The notes under the pieces: generated by a model
Told to the model about the DNA's origin: nothing
Seen by the model: only the letters and a program-made list of their open reading frames with translations
Databases searched by the model: none
Made by a program: the position numbers and the translations under genes
Source of the DNA: Acidilobaceae archaeon
GTDB lineage: Archaea; Thermoproteota; Thermoprotei_A; Sulfolobales; Acidilobaceae
Length of the DNA stretch: 64,000 bases
NCBI GenBank assembly: GCA_038897215.1
Contig: JAWAWX010000001.1
Span: forward strand, 704,001-768,000
Direction: 5' to 3'
Part shown: positions 28,620 to 37,843 of the stretch, one piece after another
Layout of the letters: every line of letters begins with the position of its first letter
Position numbering within the stretch: position 1 is the stretch's first letter

Positions 28620-30149
28620 GTGTCGACTTACGTGACTGATATCGACGTGCTGGTTAACGGGACGCTGAGATCAGCTATTGAGAGAGGCGAGGTTAGGGGA
28701 GTCGTTCTAGTTCATAAGATACTCGTAGACTTCCTGCAACTAGAAGCGAGTAGAGGCAAGGCTCTAGGCTTTACTGGGATCGAGGAGCTCCGAAGACTCG
28801 CGGAATCTGTCAAGATGAGAGGTAGTGTGGAGCTTAGGATTGTAGAAGAAGACTATAAGCCTCCTAGAGACCTCTCAGAGGAAGAGGTTAGGAGAGTCGT
28901 CAGAGACTACGCTTGGAGACTCGGAGCCACTCTACTGACCTCAGACCCTCTCCAGGCCTCAGTGGTCTTAGCTATGGGCGGGTCTTCGGTATATCTGGCT
29001 AAGAGGTCTGCTGACAAGCTGGCTTTCGAGAAGTTCTTCGACTCTAGGACGATGAGTATTCACTTAAAGGAGGGGGCTCCTCCTCTAGCTAAGGTCGGGT
29101 CTCCTGGTAGGTGGGTTTTTGTAAGATTACGAGACTCCCCGATGACTAGAGCAGAACTCGAGGAGATAGCTAGAGAGATACTCGAGGAAGCAGGGAGAGG
29201 CAGAGGGTTCATCGAGATCGATAGAGCAGGCTCGGCTATAGTCCAGCTCGGGGACTACAGGATAGTGATAACGAGACCCCCTCTGAGCAACGGGTGGGAG
29301 ATAACAGCAGTCAGACCTATAGCCAAGTTATCACTCGAAGACTACAATCTGCCGGAGAAGCTGGTAAAGAGGCTACTCGAGAGAGCAGAGGGGATCCTCG
29401 TAGCGGGGGCTCCAGGCATGGGTAAGACCACGTTTGCTCAAGCACTGGCAGAGTTCTACGCTAGAATGGGCAAGATAGTTAAGACTATAGAGTCTCCTAG
29501 AGACATGAGGCTACCCCCGGTGATCACGCAATACTCGAAGACTTATGCTGAGATCGGAGAGCTTCACGACATCCTGCTACTCTCTAGACCCGATTACACG
29601 GTGTTCGATGAGCTTAGAACAGATGAAGACTTCAGACTCTACGTAGATCTGAGGCTTGCTGGTATAGGCATGGTGGGCGTTGTGCACGCAACTAGCCCTA
29701 TTGACGCTATTCAAAGATTCTTGAATAGAGTAGAGCTAGGCATGCTACCTAGCATAGTTGACACGGTAATATTCATTAGCGAGGGCAAAGTAGTAAAGGT
29801 CTACGAGCTAGCCATGACAGTCAAGCTACCATCAGGACTCAGAGAGGCAGAGCTCACAAGACCCGTGGTCGAGGTGAGAGACTTCATCACAGGAGAGTTA
29901 GAGTACGAGATATACACTTTCGGAGAGCAAACAATGGTAGTGCCCGTCAAAAGCCTGAGTAGAGCTAAAGAAGCCAAAGCTGAAACGCTAATCAGGAAGC
30001 TAATCCCAGAAGCTGAGGTCGCAGTCAGAGACGAGATTATAGAAGTCAAGCTACCAAGAGTCAAGAGCTCTCTCACAGCTAGGAAGCTGAAAAAGCTCAA
30101 GAAGATAGCGGACAGCTTCGGCTTCGAGCTCAGAATAGTTTCAGACTAG
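28620..30149 (+). CDS. PINA: PIN-domain plus secretion-type ATPase
   Basis: N-terminal PIN fold, MSIHLKEG, GAPGMGKTTF, ESPRD, RPDYTVFDE, GVVHA, YEIYTFGE. Confidence 0.9.
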   Translation: MSTYVTDIDVLVNGTLRSAIERGEVRGVVLVHKILVDFLQLEASRGKALGFTGIEELRRLAESVKMRGSVELRIVEEDYKPPRDLSEEEVRRVVRDYAWRLGATLLTSDPLQASVVLAMGGSSVYLAKRSADKLAFEKFFDSRTMSIHLKEGAPPLAKVGSPGRWVFVRLRDSPMTRAELEEIAREILEEAGRGRGFIEIDRAGSAIVQLGDYRIVITRPPLSNGWEITAVRPIAKLSLEDYNLPEKLVKRLLERAEGILVAGAPGMGKTTFAQALAEFYARMGKIVKTIESPRDMRLPPVITQYSKTYAEIGELHDILLLSRPDYTVFDELRTDEDFRLYVDLRLAGIGMVGVVHATSPIDAIQRFLNRVELGMLPSIVDTVIFISEGKVVKVYELAMTVKLPSGLREAELTRPVVEVRDFITGELEYEIYTFGEQTMVVPVKSLSRAKEAKAETLIRKLIPEAEVAVRDEIIEVKLPRVKSSLTARKLKKLKKIADSFGFELRIVSD

Positions 30150-30366
30150 CCCTCAAACCAAGCTATCGACTCCAGAGGCTCCCCGCAGAGCCCGCTATTA
30201 TGCTCAATGAGATAAACGAGTCCCCCAAGCTTCTCCTCAGCCCGCTCCTCCAACGAGCCCAGCGTCGAGCATGGAGAGCGGAGAGAATCTCATCGAATAC
30301 AATCAAGCTCGAAGGATACGGTGGTAGTAGAGTGAGAAATAGATGGAGATGAGCGATGAGAAAGAT

Positions 30367-30393
30367 GCCCCAGGGGCATAGCGCCCCTGGGGC
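30367..30393 (-). other. Perfect 11-bp GC hairpin 6 nt after the AdoMetDC stop, followed by a pyrimidine tract
   Basis: GCCCCAGGGGC-N5-GCCCCTGGGGC. Confidence 0.75.
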
Positions 30394-30399
30394 TGAACC

Positions 30400-30786
30400 C
30401 TATTCCAGGACTCTCTCGAATTCCCGGAGCTCCACGCGGCGAGGCTTTAGAACAGAGACTATGTAATCGAACGCAGCTCTAGGGTTCGTATGCTTCCCGC
30501 ATGTGTAGACATCTACGGTGGCAAAGCTAAACTCGGGCCACGTGTGTACAGCTATGTGACTCTCTAAGACTATAGCTACAACGGATGCTCCTAGCCCTAT
30601 CTTCCAAGCTTTGATATCTAAGAGCGTCATGTTCCCTATCTCCGTTGCTTCAATAACTGTTTTCTTCAAACTCTCGACATCCATCAGTATATCTACTCTA
30701 TCGCAGTCTAGCAGATTTCCAGCTACGTGGTAACCGTATACTCTAGGTTTTCTCGTAGTCTCCAAGCTTCTAGCTATTGTCTCCAT
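30400..30786 (-). CDS. speH: S-adenosylmethionine decarboxylase proenzyme
   Basis: LESH self-cleavage site, HTWPE, DVYTCG. 'IGNM..LDIK.WKIG' resembles the crenarchaeal AdoMetDC rather than the ArgDC paralog. Confidence 0.9.
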   Translation of the reverse strand: METIARSLETTRKPRVYGYHVAGNLLDCDRVDILMDVESLKKTVIEATEIGNMTLLDIKAWKIGLGASVVAIVLESHIAVHTWPEFSFATVDVYTCGKHTNPRAAFDYIVSVLKPRRVELREFERVLE

Positions 30787-30788
30787 GA

Positions 30789-30808
30789 CCCCCCACCCCC
30801 CGCCCCCC
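30789..30808 (-). promoter_or_regulatory. (G6-N)3 tract forming the speH 5' leader; potential G-quadruplex
   Basis: Minus strand GGGGGG-C-GGGGGG-T-GGGGGG-TC-ATG; TATA (TATAAAAA) about 20 nt upstream of the tract. Confidence 0.6.
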
Positions 30809-30878
30809 TCGAGGGTATATGAGGGGTATTTTTATACTTAACTCTGTGCTTCACTCTCGAGTGGGTGAGCTGGGTCTC

Positions 30879-31667
30879 TTGTCGCTAGAGCTTATCGGCA
30901 CTCATACGGGATTGAGGGAGGCTGTTTCCACAGATGTTCTCTTTATCACGACTTCTAGAGGGGTTTTTGAAGCTCTCAGGCGGAGTCTAGATAAGGAGCT
31001 AGAAGAGTATAGAGGCAAGCCTGGCTTCACAGCGGTCCTGGGCAGATACTCTGATAGAGAAATGTTACTAGCCTGTATTCCTCCGTACTCTCACGCTATT
31101 GTAGACTCTATCAGAGAGTTCTACGTGGTAGGAGTCAGAAAAGTGATTTTCTTTAGTGAAGGGCTTAGATTAAAGGGGGAGCACGAGGCTCTCTTAGCTA
31201 TATCAGCTTTACCCAGAGACTCTGCCTCGAAGCAGATAGCTTCTCTCAGCCTGCCTCCCGTAGCATCTCTGACTCTTCTCCAAGCTCTCCTCGGCGCTAG
31301 AGGCTTTAGTGGAGAGAGTGTTGTTCTTGAGAGCGGAGTTAGCGTGGCTCTAGGGACTGCTATCAGTGTAGATAGCTTAGCTAACGAGAATGCTTTAAAG
31401 AGAGTCCTCGTGGAGTCAAGGAAGCTTAGAGGAGCGATAGCTATCGATTGCTGTACTTCTGCTCTCTACTCTCTACACCACGTCTACGCCATAGACTCTC
31501 TCTCAGTTATCCTCATGGCTCTCGATGTCTCGAAGGCTAGGACGTTCCTTCCATCAACAGAAGCTGAGAGAGTCTCGGAGACTGTGAGAGAGCTATCTCT
31601 CAAGATCTTCCCGATACTCTTCGAGAAGGTGGTTAAGAGTGGGGAAGAGAGTAGAGTGCAGAGCTAG
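30879..31667 (+). CDS. Degenerate nucleoside phosphorylase-fold protein
   Basis: 'GVRKVIFF', 'ISVDS', 'AIAIDCCTSAL' align loosely with PNP/UDP phosphorylase, but the VEME motif is lost. Likely TTG start behind GGTGA. Confidence 0.5.
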   Translation: MSLELIGTHTGLREAVSTDVLFITTSRGVFEALRRSLDKELEEYRGKPGFTAVLGRYSDREMLLACIPPYSHAIVDSIREFYVVGVRKVIFFSEGLRLKGEHEALLAISALPRDSASKQIASLSLPPVASLTLLQALLGARGFSGESVVLESGVSVALGTAISVDSLANENALKRVLVESRKLRGAIAIDCCTSALYSLHHVYAIDSLSVILMALDVSKARTFLPSTEAERVSETVRELSLKIFPILFEKVVKSGEESRVQS

Positions 31668-31836
31668 AGACCTCCTAGACTCTGTCTACAGTAGACTTGA
31701 GATTCTGGAGTCTCATCTGAGAGTCAGAGTATCTGAGGAGAGAGGACTCCCGGTGATCCTAGAGACTTTAGACAAGATATACGATGAGCTAGCTCTACTC
31801 AAGAAAGAGATTGATAAGTTATGCGGCACCATCTAG
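31639..31836 (+). CDS. Small helical hypothetical protein
   Basis: 65-aa coiled-coil-like ORF coupled to the upstream gene. Confidence 0.6.
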   Translation: MGKRVECRARDLLDSVYSRLEILESHLRVRVSEERGLPVILETLDKIYDELALLKKEIDKLCGTI

Positions 31837-31913
31837 CTATCGCGCTAAAGCCGAGGAGTCGAGACTCTCCTGCTAGCGAGCAAGAAGCCATAGCTAGACC
31901 CTTTACTCTCTAG

Positions 31914-33329
31914 CTATCCTCGACTTTCCTCTCTCACTGGCTTCACGAGAAGCACTGGCCCCTCTTTGTCTATGACTAAGACCTTCTCTCCTTTCGATAT
32001 TCTCGAACTCGACCTAGCTCTCCAATACTCGCCCTCTATCAGCACGAAGCCCTCCTTTTCCGGCGTGATCTCGTCTAGAGCTATCCCCGTTGTTCCCCGA
32101 ATATCGCCCACGGCTGGTCTACGCTTTTGGGCCTTCACTACCTTATAGATCACGAAAGCAGCCACCAGGCCTGCAATTACTCCTATCGATACGAGAGTAG
32201 CGACTAGTTGAGATATGTAGGCTCTCGAGATCACGAAGTCTGGCGTTATCGGAGCGAGCGCCGCCCCTATAGACATCATTATCACTCCGATCACACCCAT
32301 TAGACCGAAGCCTGGAGTTAAGAGTTCGGCAATGAAGAGAATAGCCCCAATAGCTACGAGAGTCACAGCGACTACGTTTGGATTGAAGCCATAGCCGAGT
32401 AGCCCGAGGAGGATCAGAGCAACCCCTAGAGCTATCCCTACGGGGTTGCTGTTAACTATGCTAAATATCAGAGCCAGCGTGCCCACACTGAGTAGCACAC
32501 CTGAGAGAAGAGGGTCTGAAAGAACCTTAAGTAAAGTCTCGGAGGGGCTTAGACCGACCTCCTCTACGCTCTCCCCTGCTTGTATTCTCACGATGCGACC
32601 ATCATACAGTCTTACCTTGAGACCGTTGATTTGCCTCAATAGCTCTTCTCTATCTTTTGCTGTAAACTCTACGACGCCGAGAGCTAGAGCCTCGTAGGCT
32701 CCGTAGTTAGCATTCACTAAAACCATTTTAACTAAGGCGGTGGCATTACGCCCCTTAGATGCAGCGTGTTCACATAGAGTCTTTATGATCGGGTTTATGA
32801 TCTTCGTGTCGTTGACGGGAACGTATCCACGCGCTGGATCGAGTACTACCGGCTGAAGCGAGCCTGTTATAGTTCCAGGAGCTAGAGCGGCTACGTGACC
32901 AGACACTAAGATCAGGCTTCCAGCGCTCTCAACCCACTTGCCTACACCATAGGTGACTACCGGGACCCGGGCTTTGCTTATCGCTGACACTATGGAGAGA
33001 GTGGGGTCTAGTAGCCCTCCAGGGGTCTCTAGCTCTATTACGAGCACGGCTGATTTGCTCTCAGCTAGCGCTATTGCTCTCTCAACGTATCTTCGAGTCC
33101 ACTCACCTATGACTCCCTCAATAGTGATCACTATCACGTGAGGCCCGACTAGTCCATCGGGCTCTAGCTCATCTTCCACAATGCCCATTCTCTTAGTGAG
33201 AGGACCGCAATACTTGAGACCTAGGTCGTTTTCCACTCTCTCTGACAGAGTCTCGGTAGCATGAGTCTGTAGGAGTGCCGGTGTAAGTGCGAGAATGAGG
33301 ATTAAAGCTACTAGCTGAGAGCCTCTCAC
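31914..33329 (-). CDS. nfeD: NfeD (STOPP) membrane protease, ClpP-like domain + TM + OB fold
   Basis: LETPGGL, SAG, APGT, C-terminal G.VLIEGEYWRA. Confidence 0.92.
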   Translation of the reverse strand: MRGSQLVALILILALTPALLQTHATETLSERVENDLGLKYCGPLTKRMGIVEDELEPDGLVGPHVIVITIEGVIGEWTRRYVERAIALAESKSAVLVIELETPGGLLDPTLSIVSAISKARVPVVTYGVGKWVESAGSLILVSGHVAALAPGTITGSLQPVVLDPARGYVPVNDTKIINPIIKTLCEHAASKGRNATALVKMVLVNANYGAYEALALGVVEFTAKDREELLRQINGLKVRLYDGRIVRIQAGESVEEVGLSPSETLLKVLSDPLLSGVLLSVGTLALIFSIVNSNPVGIALGVALILLGLLGYGFNPNVVAVTLVAIGAILFIAELLTPGFGLMGVIGVIMMSIGAALAPITPDFVISRAYISQLVATLVSIGVIAGLVAAFVIYKVVKAQKRRPAVGDIRGTTGIALDEITPEKEGFVLIEGEYWRARSSSRISKGEKVLVIDKEGPVLLVKPVREESRG

Positions 33330-33343
33330 AGCTCTCTTAGCCT

Positions 33344-34165
33344 CTACGCTTCGCCCCTCTTCTCCTCGGCAGCGTACGTCTGTGCCTTCGAGAGAGCTAT
33401 CTCCAGCCCGGCTACGGTTCCGAGAACTCCTGAAGGCGCGATCACTATCATGTTCTTCTCTCTAGCGATCTCAACTAGAGTCTGGAGTTCTCTAAGCCTC
33501 ACGGCTACAGGGTGCTCCTCGTAGATTCTCGCTGCTTCCGCCATTATCGCTGCAGCCTGCTTCTCGCCCTCGGCCTCTATAACTCTAGCTCTCCTCCACC
33601 GCTCTGCTTCAGCCTGCTTAGCCATAGCTCTAAGCATCCCCTCAGGTAGCCTCACCTCCTTCAGCGTGACAGACACGACCTTGATACCCCATGGGTCTGT
33701 TAGGATGTCTAGCGTCTCCTGGAGCCTCCTGTTGACCTCTTCTCTCTTAGTCAATAGGTCGTCTAGCTCGAGCTGGCCGACTATGTCTCTGAGAGAGGTC
33801 TGAGCTAGCATCATTATAGCGTAGTGGTAGTTCTCGATCTTCGTGACCGCCTTGTCCGGCTCAACTACTCTATAGTAGACGACTGCGTCCACACCAACGG
33901 TTACGTTGTCTCTAGTTATGACTCTCTGCTCCGGCACATCGACAGCAACTATTCTCAGGTCAACTTTAACAGCTGTATCAACGATCGGTATTAAGACGAC
34001 TAACCCGGGCCCTTTCGTGCCCAGAAGCCTTCCTAACCTGAAGACCACTAGACGCTCATACTCTCTCACTACCCTAATGCTATAAGTTGCTATGAGTATG
34101 GCGAGCACTATAAGTAACACTATCAAGAATCCCAGGGTCTCGGCTAACACCAAGTCGCTCACCAC
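33344..34165 (-). CDS. Stomatin/SPFH (slipin) family protein
   Basis: EYERLVVFRLGR, ITRDNV, AQTSLR, AMAKQAEAER; adjacent to nfeD. Confidence 0.96.
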   Translation of the reverse strand: MVSDLVLAETLGFLIVLLIVLAILIATYSIRVVREYERLVVFRLGRLLGTKGPGLVVLIPIVDTAVKVDLRIVAVDVPEQRVITRDNVTVGVDAVVYYRVVEPDKAVTKIENYHYAIMMLAQTSLRDIVGQLELDDLLTKREEVNRRLQETLDILTDPWGIKVVSVTLKEVRLPEGMLRAMAKQAEAERWRRARVIEAEGEKQAAAIMAEAARIYEEHPVAVRLRELQTLVEIAREKNMIVIAPSGVLGTVAGLEIALSKAQTYAAEEKRGEA

Positions 34166-34221
34166 TATTTCTAGACAGTTCTGGAGCTATTTCTATCTTA
34201 TTATACAGTCGGTTGTAGCAC

Positions 34222-34686
34222 TTAGGCGTGATGCTCGGAGCTGTCGTAGCTCTCGAGGAATTCCGTGAGCGATTTACTCTTAGGCTCTATGCGCTCCAGC
34301 AGGTCTCTCAGTCTCACTCCTTTCTTGAGATCTTTTAGCTTGAAGTTCCCGCCTTTCGTTATCTCTAGGTCGCCTACATCGTGTATTCTCCACTCCCCTC
34401 CCGGAAGTCTGATAGCGATAAACGCCTCTCCTCCCGCTCTCTTAGCCCACTCCTGGAGGCCCAGCACTTGGCTCGATTCTATGTAGAGAGCGGTCTCGTC
34501 TCTAGAGCATCTCTTAATCTCGAAGACTAGAATCTTCCCGTTCTTAGCAGCCACTAGGTCTGGCTGGAATCTCCTCCTAACGCCGCTTCCGCTCGCAGGT
34601 CCTCTGACTACAGCGAAGCCAAGACTCCACAAGATATTGGCTAGCTCGTTCTCAGCCTCGTAGGACCTCCTCTTGCGCGAGGACAA
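34222..34686 (-). CDS. hjc: Holliday junction resolvase Hjc
   Basis: E.EL...L...GFAVVRGPASG, PDLVA, FEIK; C-terminal PIP-like SLTEFL. Confidence 0.93.
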   Translation of the reverse strand: MSSRKRRSYEAENELANILWSLGFAVVRGPASGSGVRRRFQPDLVAAKNGKILVFEIKRCSRDETALYIESSQVLGLQEWAKRAGGEAFIAIRLPGGEWRIHDVGDLEITKGGNFKLKDLKKGVRLRDLLERIEPKSKSLTEFLESYDSSEHHA

Positions 34687-34750
34687 GAGCGCCCCTGGGA
34701 TAGTGGCTTACTAAACGTGAAGCTCTTAAAGCTACAACCTGGCTGGAGGA

Positions 34751-36028
34751 ATGAGGCGGACTGCCTTGAGTCTCGAGGACTCCCTAGATTTTGCTGTAAG
34801 AGCGCTGACTAGACTGATATCGATCCCCACTGTAGCCCCTTCTGGAGAGCACTATGAAGAAGCAGCAGAGACTCTAGCTAGGTACCTAGAGGAGCTGAAG
34901 TTCGAGACAACAGTTGAGAGAGTTCCCTCAGACTATCAGGAGACTAGATGTAGAGGAGCTGGAACAAACCCTAGATTCATTGTGTTCGGTTGGAGAGGAG
35001 ATGAGAGCCTGCCTGTTCTCCACTTCAACGGCCACTACGACGTAGTCCCTGGAGGCCCGGGCTGGACTATCACCGACCCATTCAAGCCCCTGGTTAGAGA
35101 CGGGAGAGTCTACGGTAGAGGAGCGGTCGACATGAAGGGCGGCATAGCGGCTCTCCTGGGGGGCTTGAAGCACGCAGAGCTAGAGAGACTAGAGGGTAGG
35201 CTGAGAGTAGAGGTTGCATTTGTTCCAGACGAGGAGATCGGGGGAGCTTGCGGTACTGGCTATCTCGTCGAGAGAATGCTTAGGAGAGTTCCCGACTTCG
35301 TCTTCATACCCGAGCCTAGCGGTCTTACAACCCCCTGGATCGGGCATCGGGGAGTCCTCTGGCTCACAGTCAAAGTGCTGGGAAGAGCTGCTCACGGTAG
35401 CACTCCCTGGCTTGGAGTCAACGCGTTCCTCCTAGCAGCGCAGCTCGCTCTAGGGCTACACGAGACTCTAACGTCTCTATACTCGTCTAGAAAGTCGTCC
35501 TACAAGATAGTGCCGCCCGAGGCATCTAGGCCTACAGCGATGATCGGAGGAATGGCTGGAGTAGTTGGGGGAGGTAAGACCAACCAGGTTCCGGGCGAGT
35601 TCGCTTTTAGCATCGATAGGAGGCTGATACCAGAGGAGAGAGTCTCAGAAGCTCTAGACGAGATCAAGAGCGTCCTAGCCTGGCTGAGCCAGAAGCTCAA
35701 TATAGCCTACGAGCTGACAGTAGACCAGGCTATGGAGCCGGCTATAAGCGATCCGTCTACACTACTAGAGGCTTTGAGGAGAGCGGCAGAGAAAGCAGGG
35801 ATCGCGGATCTAGACCCAGTCGTGTGCCCCGGAGGTCTCGACATGTGGTACTATACGACGAGAGGGTCTAAGGCAATAGCCTACGGGCCTGACTCCAAGC
35901 TAGCACACGCTCCCGACGAGAACATAGCGTTAGATGATTTAGAGAAACTAGTCAGAATCTACGCTGCTCTCCCCGAGATGCTAGCATTGGTCCTAGAGGA
36001 GTCGGCTACGCGTAGAGGCAAGACCTAG
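34751..36028 (+). CDS. M20/ArgE/DapE family metallopeptidase
   Basis: FNGHYDVV, YGRGAVDMKGG, DEE, AHGS, AHAPDE. Confidence 0.92.
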   Translation: MRRTALSLEDSLDFAVRALTRLISIPTVAPSGEHYEEAAETLARYLEELKFETTVERVPSDYQETRCRGAGTNPRFIVFGWRGDESLPVLHFNGHYDVVPGGPGWTITDPFKPLVRDGRVYGRGAVDMKGGIAALLGGLKHAELERLEGRLRVEVAFVPDEEIGGACGTGYLVERMLRRVPDFVFIPEPSGLTTPWIGHRGVLWLTVKVLGRAAHGSTPWLGVNAFLLAAQLALGLHETLTSLYSSRKSSYKIVPPEASRPTAMIGGMAGVVGGGKTNQVPGEFAFSIDRRLIPEERVSEALDEIKSVLAWLSQKLNIAYELTVDQAMEPAISDPSTLLEALRRAAEKAGIADLDPVVCPGGLDMWYYTTRGSKAIAYGPDSKLAHAPDENIALDDLEKLVRIYAALPEMLALVLEESATRRGKT

Positions 36029-36118
36029 AGTTCTCTCAACCACCACGCACGCAGGAGAGCACAACTGACTTCAATAACTAATTAAGCTCCGCTAGCTTTC
36101 CCGGGATTCTAGGAGTAG

Positions 36119-36228
36119 CCCGCCGTAGCTCAGCGGTAGAGCGCCCGGCTGTAGTGAGACGGGCGTGTAGAGCCCGGTGTCTCACAGACACCGGGTGGTC
36201 GGGGGTTCGAATCCCCCCGGCGGGACCA
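36119..36228 (+). tRNA. tRNA-Tyr(GTA) with 35-nt intron (36155-36189) at position 37/38
   Basis: CCCGCCG/CGGCGGG acceptor (C1-G72); CTGT/ACAG central helix with GAGAC/GTCTC outer helix (BHB); ACCA end. Confidence 0.96.
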
Positions 36229-36231
36229 GCT

Positions 36232-37074
36232 CTACTCACTCTCCTTCTTGACTTCTCTCCTAGACGTGCTCGCAACGTATGCTATCGATACAGCGATCGC
36301 GATAGCAAGAGTGGCCAGGAAGACTAGCGATGCTAGAGCGTTGAGAGCATTAGGAGAGGCTAGCTCGTCTATCCCGGGTCTCCTAGCTCTAGCCCATATG
36401 AGTAATGGCAGTGTCTCGAAGCCCGGTCCTTTAGTGAACACGGTCTTCACGAAATTCGTGAAGCTTAGGATGAATGTCACGGCAAAAGCCGCTACTACTA
36501 CTGGCAGAGAGAGAGGTAGCGTTATCTTGACTAGCACCTGGTGCGGTCTAGCTCCTAGTGTTCTAGCAGCGTCCTCTAGGCTGGGGTGTCTTAGCCCACT
36601 AGCGCTGATCACTGTGTAGGCGAAGGCTACGTTGAAGGCCGTGTGTCCCAGCATGACTGTAAGCCATCCTAGCTCGATCTTGATGTAGATGTAGAAGAGG
36701 AAGAGAGCCACGGCTTCAGCTACCTCCGGCATGACTATGACTGGATAGACTATGTAGTCTAAGATTCTGACTCTACCCGGTCCTGTCGCAAGACCTGCTA
36801 GGAAGCCTAGAAGCACGCTGAGAGTAGCGCTAGCCATGGCTACAGTCACGCTATTGAAGAGAGCCTCTCTGAACCTGCTATCAGCTAAGACTAGCTGATA
36901 CCACTTGAGCGTGAAGCCTCTCCACTCTCCCATGAAGGGGTTCTCGTTGAAGCTGTGTATGAGCATAGCAGCGAGCGGAGCGTAGAGAGCTAGCACTACG
37001 ACTAGAGCATAGGCTCTCAAGAACCTCTTGTCAAGAAGACTCCCTAGAATCCTAGACGAGAAGCTAGACCCCAA
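36232..37074 (-). CDS. potC: Spermidine/putrescine ABC permease (PotC-like)
   Basis: SFN..GFTLKWY, EAA loop LEDAARTLGA, TLPL. Confidence 0.85.
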   Translation of the reverse strand: MGSSFSSRILGSLLDKRFLRAYALVVVLALYAPLAAMLIHSFNENPFMGEWRGFTLKWYQLVLADSRFREALFNSVTVAMASATLSVLLGFLAGLATGPGRVRILDYIVYPVIVMPEVAEAVALFLFYIYIKIELGWLTVMLGHTAFNVAFAYTVISASGLRHPSLEDAARTLGARPHQVLVKITLPLSLPVVVAAFAVTFILSFTNFVKTVFTKGPGFETLPLLIWARARRPGIDELASPNALNALASLVFLATLAIAIAVSIAYVASTSRREVKKESE

Positions 37075-37843
37075 CTCTCTCAGCCGCTCTTCGAGTCAAG
37101 ACAGCTACGGTTACGCCCAGTGCTGTAGCTACTAGCGCGAGCGTCGCTCCCTCATTCCAGAGGTCTGCTTCGAGAAACAGTCGATATATCGCGACCCCTA
37201 CAGTCGCTCCCGTTACTCCTCCCAAGAGAGATGGTATCACTATCTCCGTGTAGCTCATCAAGAAGACGAGTAGAGAGCCTACAGCTACTCCGGGAGCGCT
37301 TAGAGGTAGCACGACTCTAGCTAGAACCTGGTGTGGCCTAGCTCCCAGCGTTCTAGCAGCATCTAAGACGTTAGGCGGGACTCTCATCAATGATATCGCT
37401 AGAGGGATGAACATGAATGGCAAATAGTCGTACACCATGCCTATAATCATGGCTAGATAGCCTTCACGAATGCCGATAGAGTAGAGGAGAGTCCTGAGAG
37501 ACCACGTTCTCAGAAGAACATCGATCCAAAAAGGGGTCACTAACAGCACGACTAAGGCTATTCTCTCTAAGCCCCTACTGTAGAGGCCCACGTATAAAGC
37601 GACAGGGTATGCTACTAGGAGAGTGCAGATGGTAGTGATCAAGGCTACCTCTCCGCTAAAAGCGAGAACAGAGAGATAGGTGGGATTCGTGATCACATCG
37701 ATTGGCGTAAACAGCTTAGAGCCTTCTTGAACTCGGAAGACGGTATAGGCTAAGACTACAAGCGGAGTGTAGAAGAAGAGGAGTAGGAAGAGTGCTAGGG
37801 GGACTCCAAGTACTAGCGAGAGGTAGGCTTTGACGCTCTTCAC
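37064..37843 (-). CDS. potB: Spermidine/putrescine ABC permease (PotB-like)
   Basis: AYPVA, PFW...R..., YDYLPFM.IP, AARTLGA, LLGG. Confidence 0.85.
   Translation of the reverse strand: MKSVKAYLSLVLGVPLALFLLLFFYTPLVVLAYTVFRVQEGSKLFTPIDVITNPTYLSVLAFSGEVALITTICTLLVAYPVALYVGLYSRGLERIALVVLLVTPFWIDVLLRTWSLRTLLYSIGIREGYLAMIIGMVYDYLPFMFIPLAISLMRVPPNVLDAARTLGARPHQVLARVVLPLSAPGVAVGSLLVFLMSYTEIVIPSLLGGVTGATVGVAIYRLFLEADLWNEGATLALVATALGVTVAVLTRRAAERVGV

Noticed and set aside
15349-36189. tRNA introns as a novelty
   Set aside because: Both are canonical 37/38 introns with strict BHB motifs, which is ordinary for crenarchaea.
36078-36275. 65-aa ORF on the minus strand
   Set aside because: Antisense to tRNA-Tyr.
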